A DNA stretch of 64,000 nucleotides from a bacterium. GTDB lineage: Bacteria > Synergistota > GBS-1. The DNA is taken from positions 1 through 64,000 of the forward strand of contig JASKLF010000007.1 in the NCBI GenBank assembly GCA_030153785.1. Direction: 5' to 3'. Of this stretch, positions 56,831 through 64,000 are shown piece after piece. The position numbers and the translations under genes were made by a program. Position 1 is the stretch's first letter. Every line of letters begins with the position of its first letter. A model generated the notes under the pieces. That model was given only the letters and a program-made list of their open reading frames with translations. It had not been told where the DNA came from and searched no databases.

Positions 56831-57967
56831 TCATAAAGCCATCTGCTTACTAATTCGCTCCTTAACTTCCCTATAGCTTAGATTCATGGGACCGTTGTAG
56901 ACCGCTACTGGTCTGAAAAGCCTGTTATTCTGACGGTACTCAATTACATGAGCGGTCCATCCCACTACCCTTGCCATCGCAAATATCGCCGTAAAGAAGT
57001 CCTTAGGGATACCAAAGTGATTGTACAAAATTCCTGAGAAAAAGTCTACATTCGGATAAAGTTTTTTATCCTTAAACCTTTCCAAAACGAGCTCCTCCAA
57101 CTTTAACGCTACACTCAAATATTCTACTCCTTCAGACTTATCTATTTCGCAAAGCCATTCCTTGATAAGTCTCGCTCTCGGGTCGTAAGTTTTATAAACC
57201 CTGTGTCCAAACCCCATTATCCTCTCCTTACTCGAAACCTTCGCATTGAAGTAACTCTCCACATTTTCTACGCTTCCTATCTCTTCCAGCATCTTTAACA
57301 CCCGCTCATTTGCCCCTCCGTGAAGGGGACCTTTTAACGTGGCTATGGCAGAAACCACGGCAGAATACATATCGCTTAAAGTTGAAGAAGTAACCATTGC
57401 TGCAAACGTGGAAGCATTTATCTCCTGCTCCGCATGAAGAATAAGAGCCCTTTCAAACAAGTGAGAGTATTTTGGAATTTCACCGAACATCATATAAAGA
57501 AAATTATCGGCATGGTTCAAATCCTCCTTCGGAGGTATCAAAGGCAAGCCAGACCTCATCCTATACCAATAAGCCAGTATCGTGGGTAACTTTGCCGTCA
57601 AAGCAACGGCACTTTTGTATGACACCGAATCATCATCCGTGTAGAAGCTCAAAAGAGAAACGACGCTCCTTAAAACATCCATAGGATGAACATCCTTTGG
57701 GAACTGCCTCATCAAATCAATTACCTCTTCCGGAATTCTCCTCTCTCTGACAAGCTGAGATGAAAGCCATAAAAGCTCGCTCTCGTTGGGTAAAGAACCA
57801 AACCACAAAAGATAGGCCACCTCTTCGAACGATGAATTAATCGCCAAATCCTCTACAGCAAATCCCCTATAAGAAAGCCTTCCCCTTTCTCCATCAAGAT
57901 AGGATATGGAGCTTAAAGCAACAGCCACACCCTCAAGCCCTAACCTTAGCTCGCCATCTCCGCACAA
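56831..57967 (-). CDS. gltA: Citrate synthase (type I; 2-methylcitrate synthase not excluded)
   Basis: GLEGV, LSYRG, NASTF, GPLHGGANE, GFGHRVYK, PNVDF. Confidence 0.9.
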   Translation of the reverse strand: MCGDGELRLGLEGVAVALSSISYLDGERGRLSYRGFAVEDLAINSSFEEVAYLLWFGSLPNESELLWLSSQLVRERRIPEEVIDLMRQFPKDVHPMDVLRSVVSLLSFYTDDDSVSYKSAVALTAKLPTILAYWYRMRSGLPLIPPKEDLNHADNFLYMMFGEIPKYSHLFERALILHAEQEINASTFAAMVTSSTLSDMYSAVVSAIATLKGPLHGGANERVLKMLEEIGSVENVESYFNAKVSSKERIMGFGHRVYKTYDPRARLIKEWLCEIDKSEGVEYLSVALKLEELVLERFKDKKLYPNVDFFSGILYNHFGIPKDFFTAIFAMARVVGWTAHVIEYRQNNRLFRPVAVYNGPMNLSYREVKERISKQMAL

Positions 57968-57996
57968 TAGACATCCCTCCCTTCTTTAATTGCCTA

Positions 57997-58023
57997 AATA
58001 CATCATACAATATATGATGTATT
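57997..58023. promoter_or_regulatory. Perfect inverted repeat upstream of gltA, putative GntR operator
   Basis: AATACATCATA-CAATA-TATGATGTATT, with 11 bp arms. Confidence 0.6.
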
Positions 58024-58213
58024 AATTTGTTCGATATTATACCGAAGACCGCTTACCTCGTCAACCCTAAAACAAAAACTTCTCAACAAAATTGTCAAAT
58101 CTCTAAAAATGGCTATTGTCTCAACACTGATTACAACATTGCCTCGCTCCCATTAATAGCTACCCAACAGAACAAACAAAGAAGCTTTCCTCATAAATTA
58201 TACATACAGCCTA

Positions 58214-58252
58214 TTGCAAAAATGCGAATTTTAATGTATCATATACGATACA
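58214..58252 (+). promoter_or_regulatory. Aconitase promoter with an overlapping palindrome
   Basis: TTGCAA-17 bp-TATCAT; TGTATC-ATATAC-GATACA (58235-58252) overlaps the -10. Confidence 0.6.
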
Positions 58253-58307
58253 ATACATGAAACACGGGACATACCTATCTCCTTTCAAGGAGGGAGTGAT
58301 CGTCAAG

Positions 58308-60263
58308 ATGGGTAAAAGCTTGGTTCAAAAAATCTTGGAAACCCACCTTATATCTGGCAAACTTCAAAAGGGAGAAGAAATAGCCGTTAGAGTGGATCAA
58401 ACGCTCCTTCAGGATGCTACAGGTACCATGGCCTGCCTTGAATTTGAAAGCATGGGCTTTAAAGAGGTTAAAACCTTTGCTTTGGCTTACATAGACCACA
58501 ACACCGTTCAAGTGGGCTTTGAAAACATGGACGACCATAAATACCTACAAAGCATTGCAGAGAAATTCGGCATCATCTTATCAAAACCAGGCAACGGAAT
58601 ATGTCATCAAGTGCATCTGGAGAGATTCGCAAAGCCGGGGACACTACTGCTCGGCTCAGATAGTCACACTCCCACGGCCGGAGGAATAGGAGCCCTTGCC
58701 ATTGGCTCGGGTGGGTTAGATGTAGCCGTGGCAATGGGAGGAGGTCCATTCTACCTTACCTATCCTAAGGTTATAAGGGTGGAGCTCAAAGGAGAATTAC
58801 CACCATGGGTTTCTGCAAAGGATGTGATACTAAAGGTATTATCTATACTTACAAGCAAAGGAAACGTGGGATGCATATTAGAATACGGAGGAGAAGGAGT
58901 TAAAAGCCTATCGGTCCCCGATAGAGCCACGATAGCCAATATGGGAGCTGAAACGGGGGTAACCACATCTATATTCCCCTCCGATGAGATAACATTAGAG
59001 TTCTTAAGGAAACAGGGAAGGGAAAAAGACTGGATACCCTTAGAGGCCGACGAAGATGCAGAATACGACCAAATAATAGAAATAGATCTTTCAAAGCTCG
59101 AACCGCTTATAGCGTGCCCGCATTCCCCAGATAATGTAAAGCCTGTCAGGGATATCGAGGGGATAAAGGTAGACCAAGTAGCAATAGGAAGCTGCACAAA
59201 CTCTTCTTACAGAGACCTTATGACGGTTGCTCATATATTAAAGGGAAGAAGGGTTCATAAAGATGTCCAATTAGGGATAACACCGGGATCAAGACAGGTC
59301 TTGCTCACCATAGACAGAGATGGTGGTTTAGCGGATATATTGAGGGCAGGAGCAAGGCTTCTCGAACTAACATGCAACTTCTGCATAGGAAATTGCTTTG
59401 CTCCTAATTCAAAGGGGGTATCCGTGAGAACAAGTAATAGAAACTTTAAGGGAAGAAGTGGAACGCCTGACGCGCTCGTCTATCTTGCAAGCCCAGAAAC
59501 GGCCGCAGCAACAGCCTTAACAGGGAAAATAACCGATCCAAGAAGATTGGAGGACATGGGCATAGAATTTAAGAGGTTCTCCCTTCCCGAAAGCTTCGTC
59601 ATAGATGATTCGGGATTTGTCTTTCCCCCGCCAAAAGAGGAAAGGGAAAAGATAGAGATATACAGGGGTCCAAACATTAAACCCGTGCCAATTAAGGAGG
59701 CTTTGAAAGAAAGTATAAAAGGAGTGATAACGATAAAGGTAGGAGACAAAATAACAACGGATCATATAACACCAGCAGGTGCCTATCTTAAGCTGAGATC
59801 CAATGTTCCTGAATATGCAAAGCATGTCTTCGAGCCAGTTGACCCAACGTTTTACGAAAGAGCCTTGAAAAATAAAGAAATGGGGTTAGCAAACATTATC
59901 TTAGCGGGAGAAAGCTATGGTCAAGGTTCGTCAAGAGAACACGCCGCTATATGCCCTATGTACTTAGGAGTTGAAGCGGTTATAGCCAAATCCATAGAGA
60001 GAATCCATTTTTCCAATTTAGTCAACTTCGGAATAGTCCCGTTAACCTTTGCAAACCCTGATGATTACAATGAGCTTAGTGAAGGAGACGAGGTTATACT
60101 TCCCAACATAAAAAGAGACATAGAGGAAGGAAAAGAAGTAACAAAGCTTGTTAGAGTTAAAGACGGCAAAGAATTTACTCTAAAGGTCAACTTAAGTGAA
60201 AGACAAAGAAAGATGGTTCTTGCGGGAGGAGTTTTACCTCTGATATCCAAAGGAGGTGCATAA
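58308..60263 (+). CDS. acn: Aconitate hydratase (short bacterial/archaeal type)
   Basis: QDATGT, DHN, GICHQ, DSHT, GSCTN, CNFCIG, RTSNRNF, TDHI, GSSREHA. Start refined to ATG 58308. Confidence 0.93.
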   Translation: MGKSLVQKILETHLISGKLQKGEEIAVRVDQTLLQDATGTMACLEFESMGFKEVKTFALAYIDHNTVQVGFENMDDHKYLQSIAEKFGIILSKPGNGICHQVHLERFAKPGTLLLGSDSHTPTAGGIGALAIGSGGLDVAVAMGGGPFYLTYPKVIRVELKGELPPWVSAKDVILKVLSILTSKGNVGCILEYGGEGVKSLSVPDRATIANMGAETGVTTSIFPSDEITLEFLRKQGREKDWIPLEADEDAEYDQIIEIDLSKLEPLIACPHSPDNVKPVRDIEGIKVDQVAIGSCTNSSYRDLMTVAHILKGRRVHKDVQLGITPGSRQVLLTIDRDGGLADILRAGARLLELTCNFCIGNCFAPNSKGVSVRTSNRNFKGRSGTPDALVYLASPETAAATALTGKITDPRRLEDMGIEFKRFSLPESFVIDDSGFVFPPPKEEREKIEIYRGPNIKPVPIKEALKESIKGVITIKVGDKITTDHITPAGAYLKLRSNVPEYAKHVFEPVDPTFYERALKNKEMGLANIILAGESYGQGSSREHAAICPMYLGVEAVIAKSIERIHFSNLVNFGIVPLTFANPDDYNELSEGDEVILPNIKRDIEEGKEVTKLVRVKDGKEFTLKVNLSERQRKMVLAGGVLPLISKGGA

Positions 60264-60266
60264 AGC

Positions 60267-61463
60267 TTGTTAAAGCTTTCCGATAATCCTACCATCCCAT
60301 ATATCGTCGGAGACGGCATCGGAAGAGACATAACTCCTGTCGGATTAAAAGTTTTAGATGCCGCAGTAGAAAAGGCTTATAAGGGAAAGAGAAAAATCAA
60401 TTGGAAAAAGCTATTAGCCGGCGAGGAGGCAATAAAAGAAGTAGGGGATGTTCTTCCACAAGAAACCATCCATGAAATAAAAAAACATAAGGTAGCTATA
60501 AAGGGGCCTCTAACCACACCCGTTGGGGGTGGATATCGTTCGGTAAATGTGGCCATAAGACAGATACTGGATCTTTATGTATGCTTCAGACCGGTAAGAT
60601 ACTTTAGAGGGGTTCCATCTCCCTTAAAAAGGCCAGAGCTCATTGACATAATAGTATTTAGGGAAAATACCGAAGATGTGTATGCAGGAATAGAATGGCC
60701 CTTTAACAGTGAGGAAGCAAGAAAAACAAGAGAGTTCCTGAAAGAAACATTTGGAATAAAGCTCAGAGAGGACTCAGGCATAGGAATAAAACCTATAAGC
60801 GTTTATGGAGCGAAGAGAATGGGGAAAGCGGCAATAGAATATGCTTTACATCACGGGAGAAAATCGATAACGATAATGCATAAAGGGAACATAATGAAAT
60901 ACACGGAAGGGTTATTTAGAGATGCAATATACGAGCTTGCCAAAGAAGAATGTAAGGATAAAGTCATAACTGAGGAAGAATTAATAAGAGACTACGGAGG
61001 GAAGGCTCCAGAGGGCAAAATAGTTTTAAAGGACAGAATAGCCGATGCAATGTTCCAAGAACTCCTTTTAAGACCTGAAGAATACGATATCTTAGTTACA
61101 CCAAACTTAAATGGAGATTACGTTTCTGATGCGGTAGCAGCTCAGGTAGGTGGATTGGGAATAGCCCCGGGTGCAAACATAAACTTTGAAACAGGGATAG
61201 CCGTCTTCGAGGCTACCCATGGCTCTGCACCCAAATTTGCTGGGAAGAACATGGCTAATCCATGTTCCTTCATACTTTCAGGAGCGGAAATGCTTGAGTA
61301 CATAGGCTGGAAAGAAGCCAAAGAACTAATAATAGAAGGCATTCAAAGGGCTATAGAGGAAAAGTATGTGACCTTTGATTTGGCCCAACAAATGGAAGGA
61401 GCAAGGGAAGTTTCTACAAGCGAATTTGGAGAGAGAGTAATTGACCATATAAAAAACATGTAG
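60267..61463 (+). CDS. icd: NADP-dependent isocitrate dehydrogenase
   Basis: GDGIG, KGPLTTPVGGG, RENTED, HKGNIMKYTEG, NLNGDY, EATHGSAPK. Confidence 0.96.
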   Translation: MLKLSDNPTIPYIVGDGIGRDITPVGLKVLDAAVEKAYKGKRKINWKKLLAGEEAIKEVGDVLPQETIHEIKKHKVAIKGPLTTPVGGGYRSVNVAIRQILDLYVCFRPVRYFRGVPSPLKRPELIDIIVFRENTEDVYAGIEWPFNSEEARKTREFLKETFGIKLREDSGIGIKPISVYGAKRMGKAAIEYALHHGRKSITIMHKGNIMKYTEGLFRDAIYELAKEECKDKVITEEELIRDYGGKAPEGKIVLKDRIADAMFQELLLRPEEYDILVTPNLNGDYVSDAVAAQVGGLGIAPGANINFETGIAVFEATHGSAPKFAGKNMANPCSFILSGAEMLEYIGWKEAKELIIEGIQRAIEEKYVTFDLAQQMEGAREVSTSEFGERVIDHIKNM

Positions 61464-61507
61464 TAGAATAGTTAAACATCTTGCCACCCCCCCTAAAACA
61501 CTTTAAC

Positions 61508-61540
61508 AGTCCCCTCTCACGGGTATGGTGAGAGGGGATT
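61508..61540 (+). terminator. Stem-loop after icd
   Basis: AGTCCCCTCTCAC...GTGAGAGGGGATT followed by ACTTTT. Confidence 0.7.
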
Positions 61541-61571
61541 ACTTTTAATCAAGATATGATAAAATAACCCT

Positions 61572-61967
61572 ATGAATAGGTGGAAGGATTGGTATGAGCA
61601 AGCCAAAAGGGATTTAGAGAGAGCTAAAATCGATGTGGAGCACAGATACTACGAATGGGCCTGTTTTACTTGCCAGCAAGCTACAGAAAAAGTGATAAAA
61701 GCTTTAGGAATGAAAATGGGATTAGAACTATGGGGGCACTCTTTATTAGAAATGCTAAAAATTTTGGAAGAAGAAACGGAGATAGAAATCCCCCAAAATC
61801 TTAAGCTCATGGCAAAAGAGCTTGATAAATACTATATTCCCACGAGATACCCTAACGGGTTTCCAAGCGGTAAACCTGCAGATTATTTTTCCGAGATAGA
61901 TGCCGAAAGGGCAATAAATGCGGCGAATAGTATCTTCAGGTTCTGTGAAAGCATTTTCAATAAATAG
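61572..61967 (+). CDS. HEPN domain protein
   Basis: W-x-x-QA-x-x-DL, WACF-x-CQQA-x-EK, WGHSL, LDKYYIPTRYP. Confidence 0.9.
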   Translation: MNRWKDWYEQAKRDLERAKIDVEHRYYEWACFTCQQATEKVIKALGMKMGLELWGHSLLEMLKILEEETEIEIPQNLKLMAKELDKYYIPTRYPNGFPSGKPADYFSEIDAERAINAANSIFRFCESIFNK

Positions 61968-62262
61968 ATATGACCTCTTAAATAGACTTCGAGAGATATC
62001 AAAAGAGTTAAAGACGCGGTTTCTTTATGTAGAAGATGTATTTCTATTTGGCTCCTTTGCCAGAGAAGAAGAAAGAGGGTTAAGCGACATAGACCTCTTA
62101 GTAGTGGTCAAGGAGCTTTCTAAAGAAAACTTTTGGAAGATCTTCAGCGAACTCTATGACTTCATCTCAGAAAAACTCGACATAGCCTTTGACCTCATAG
62201 TTATCTCAAAAGAAAGCTTCGAGCAAAACCCTAACAAATTCGGAAAAATCCTAAGAATTTGA
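61918..62262 (+). CDS. Minimal nucleotidyltransferase (MNT)
   Basis: LFGSFAR...SDIDLLVV, FDLIV; overlaps the HEPN gene. Confidence 0.88.
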   Translation: MRRIVSSGSVKAFSINRYDLLNRLREISKELKTRFLYVEDVFLFGSFAREEERGLSDIDLLVVVKELSKENFWKIFSELYDFISEKLDIAFDLIVISKESFEQNPNKFGKILRI

Positions 62263-64000
62263 CCCAGATTTTCCTCTATAAAGCTCCTTATAGACTCTAT
62301 AAGCTGCCATAACTTTCCTCACATAGTTTCTCGTTTCGCGGAAAGGTAGGCTTTCCGCCCACTCCTCCCAATCCTTAGCCTTTATGCTTTTAAGCCATCT
62401 GTCCACATTTCCGCTTCCCGCATTATACGCCGCCAAAGCAAGATAAAGGTTTCCCCTATATCGATCCAAAAGCTCCTTAAGATGTTTTATCCCAACCCTT
62501 ATATTCACTTCCGGAACAAAAAGGGTGCCTCTTTCCCTTACTCCATAAGCCTTTCCAGTAAAGGGCATAAGCTGCATAAGCCCTATCGCCCCCGCCCAAG
62601 AAACCGCCTGTGGATCAAACCTACTCTCCTGATGGATAACCGCAAGCACAAGAAGTGGATCTACCTTTTCCCTCTTGGCAACCCGGAGAATATAATCATA
62701 GTGATCACCCAAAGGATAAGCCTTCCTCCATATAGTTATACTCCTAAACCCAGAATTAATGAGAAAATAAGCGTAGGCTATTGAAGAGCTGTAATTAGAA
62801 AGCTTTTCACTAACCAAGGAGAGAAAGTAGTTCCTCGAAGATATCTTTAAATTCTCAAGCAGGTTCACCCTAAGGAAAGCAATCTCCCAAAATCCGGTTT
62901 TATACAATCTCATTAAAAGCCTATCCTTAGGAAGGGGTGGCATCTTTTCGTTAGAAGATACCCCATATCTTCTGACGGTGTAATACTCTGTGGGGAAGGA
63001 AGCCAAAAGCTCGGCCTTTGCCTTATCCCGAGAATAAAGACCAACTTTAGAAAGATAATAAATCACCTTAGCGTAAGTTAAGCTTCCTTTATGATGATTA
63101 AATACCAATGTCCACTCCTTCATCGCATCTTTATACTTTCGGGAAACATATTTTCCCCATCCATCAAACCATGCCATCTCCAAGGCCCAATCAGAGGCCG
63201 GAAATTTACTCTTTAATAAATTCTTGAATTTAGGGTCACCAGTTAAGTAATACAGATAATAAACTATTAATGGCTTATTCTTCGAATCCTTCCTAAGTAA
63301 ATTATAAAGCAAAGCGATACCCTCGCCTTTTTTATTAAGGCTCTCAGCAAGGTTAACGAATCTTCTTAACAAGGCCTCGCTAACAACGCCTCTTTTTAAA
63401 AGGGTCGTATAAGCGTTGAAAGCCTCCCTCTTAAGATTAAGCCTTTCTAAAGTCAATCCTTCCCAAAACTTCCTACCTGATTTTCTAAAATAATACAAAG
63501 CTGTTTTGTAATTATTTCGGTAATAGTAAGCCATTCCTACCCTATAAAGAAGCTCGCTTGAAGGTTTTTTAACCTTCCGATAAAGCTTAAGAAGCATATC
63601 GTTAGCCCATTCATCGTTAGGATCCTTCTCAAGAACTTTCAGAAGCCACTCAAGGGCTTTTTCATACTTGCCCATACTGTAAGCTATAGAGGCGAGTCTT
63701 CCGCAAGCGAGCTTCTTCAGATAATCGGTGCCCGAAGTCAAAACTATGAGGTAAAAATCATAAGCCTTCGTTAGACTTCCCATCTTCTCGTAAAGCTGGG
63801 CTATTCTGTAAGGCAATATGGCCTTAAGCTCCAATGGAAGCCCTTCCTTCTTCTCCCACAGCTCATTGAAACGAACAAAGGCTTCAGAATATTCCTCTTT
63901 ATACATATGAATTAGCCCCATGTAAAATCTAACGTAAGGAGAAAGCTCTTTGCTTTCAGGTAAAATATCGCTATAAAGCTTCAATGCTTCGTCAAGCTTG
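62251..64000 (-). CDS. TPR-containing soluble lytic transglycosylase (Slt70-like), 5'-truncated by the window edge
   Basis: HQESRF, GAIGLMQLMP, AAYNAG, ETRNYV; TPR-like N-terminal repeats. The frame stays open to the window end. Confidence 0.9.
   Translation of the reverse strand, partial: KLDEALKLYSDILPESKELSPYVRFYMGLIHMYKEEYSEAFVRFNELWEKKEGLPLELKAILPYRIAQLYEKMGSLTKAYDFYLIVLTSGTDYLKKLACGRLASIAYSMGKYEKALEWLLKVLEKDPNDEWANDMLLKLYRKVKKPSSELLYRVGMAYYYRNNYKTALYYFRKSGRKFWEGLTLERLNLKREAFNAYTTLLKRGVVSEALLRRFVNLAESLNKKGEGIALLYNLLRKDSKNKPLIVYYLYYLTGDPKFKNLLKSKFPASDWALEMAWFDGWGKYVSRKYKDAMKEWTLVFNHHKGSLTYAKVIYYLSKVGLYSRDKAKAELLASFPTEYYTVRRYGVSSNEKMPPLPKDRLLMRLYKTGFWEIAFLRVNLLENLKISSRNYFLSLVSEKLSNYSSSIAYAYFLINSGFRSITIWRKAYPLGDHYDYILRVAKREKVDPLLVLAVIHQESRFDPQAVSWAGAIGLMQLMPFTGKAYGVRERGTLFVPEVNIRVGIKHLKELLDRYRGNLYLALAAYNAGSGNVDRWLKSIKAKDWEEWAESLPFRETRNYVRKVMAAYRVYKELYRGKSGSNS

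Noticed and set aside
57514..57526. 13 bp match (GGTTCAAATCCTC) to the tRNA-Pro T-arm, suggesting an att site bounding a 50.1-57.5 kb island
   Set aside because: It lies inside the intact gltA coding sequence and does not extend to the tRNA 3' end. There is no integrase, and the interval contains housekeeping rsmA.
58027..58307. 77 aa ORF and N-terminal extension of aconitase
   Set aside because: AT-rich divergent promoter region carrying operator-like palindromes; no SD for the ORF.
1..64000. CRISPR arrays, IS elements, prophage genes and selenocysteine read-through
   Set aside because: I saw no regularly spaced repeats, no transposase, integrase or phage genes, and no gene interrupted by an in-frame TGA at a catalytic Cys position.

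Overview
A gene-dense 64 kb stretch of bacterial chromosome, with no CRISPR array, rRNA, transposase or integrase visible. Reverse gyrase points to a (hyper)thermophile. A glycyl-radical enzyme and many Fe-S proteins point to an anaerobe. kdsA and peptidoglycan enzymes point to a diderm envelope. In order, the window holds: kdsA; a D-Ala-D-Ala dipeptidase, peroxiredoxin and aldo/keto reductase; a tripartite tricarboxylate transporter (TTT) catabolic operon with an M24-fold hydrolase that lacks its metal ligands; a DtxR-feoAB operon with tandem iron boxes; two orphan A/V-ATPase subunits tightly linked to reverse gyrase; a peptide ABC transporter divergent from a GGT-family enzyme; an ODP plus soluble chemoreceptor pair; a proline/hydroxyproline region; CopB; tRNA-Pro(GGG) and rsmA; a five-gene 2-hydroxyacid dehydrogenase / proline racemase / RraA aldolase / LarA / DgoK operon; gltA-GntR divergent from acn-icd; a HEPN-MNT pair; and a truncated lytic transglycosylase. 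The best candidate for an undescribed system is the proline/hydroxyproline region at about 37-56 kb. There, HypD and its activase lack a proC partner and converge on a five-gene proline-dehydrogenase-like flavo-Fe-S complex with an NSS transporter and an unannotated small subunit. That operon is preceded by an unannotated Pro-periodic leader peptide and a hairpin that look like an attenuator. Several genes also appear to start at near-cognate codons (ACG, CTG, ATC). All functional calls come from motif recognition only; no database searches were run.
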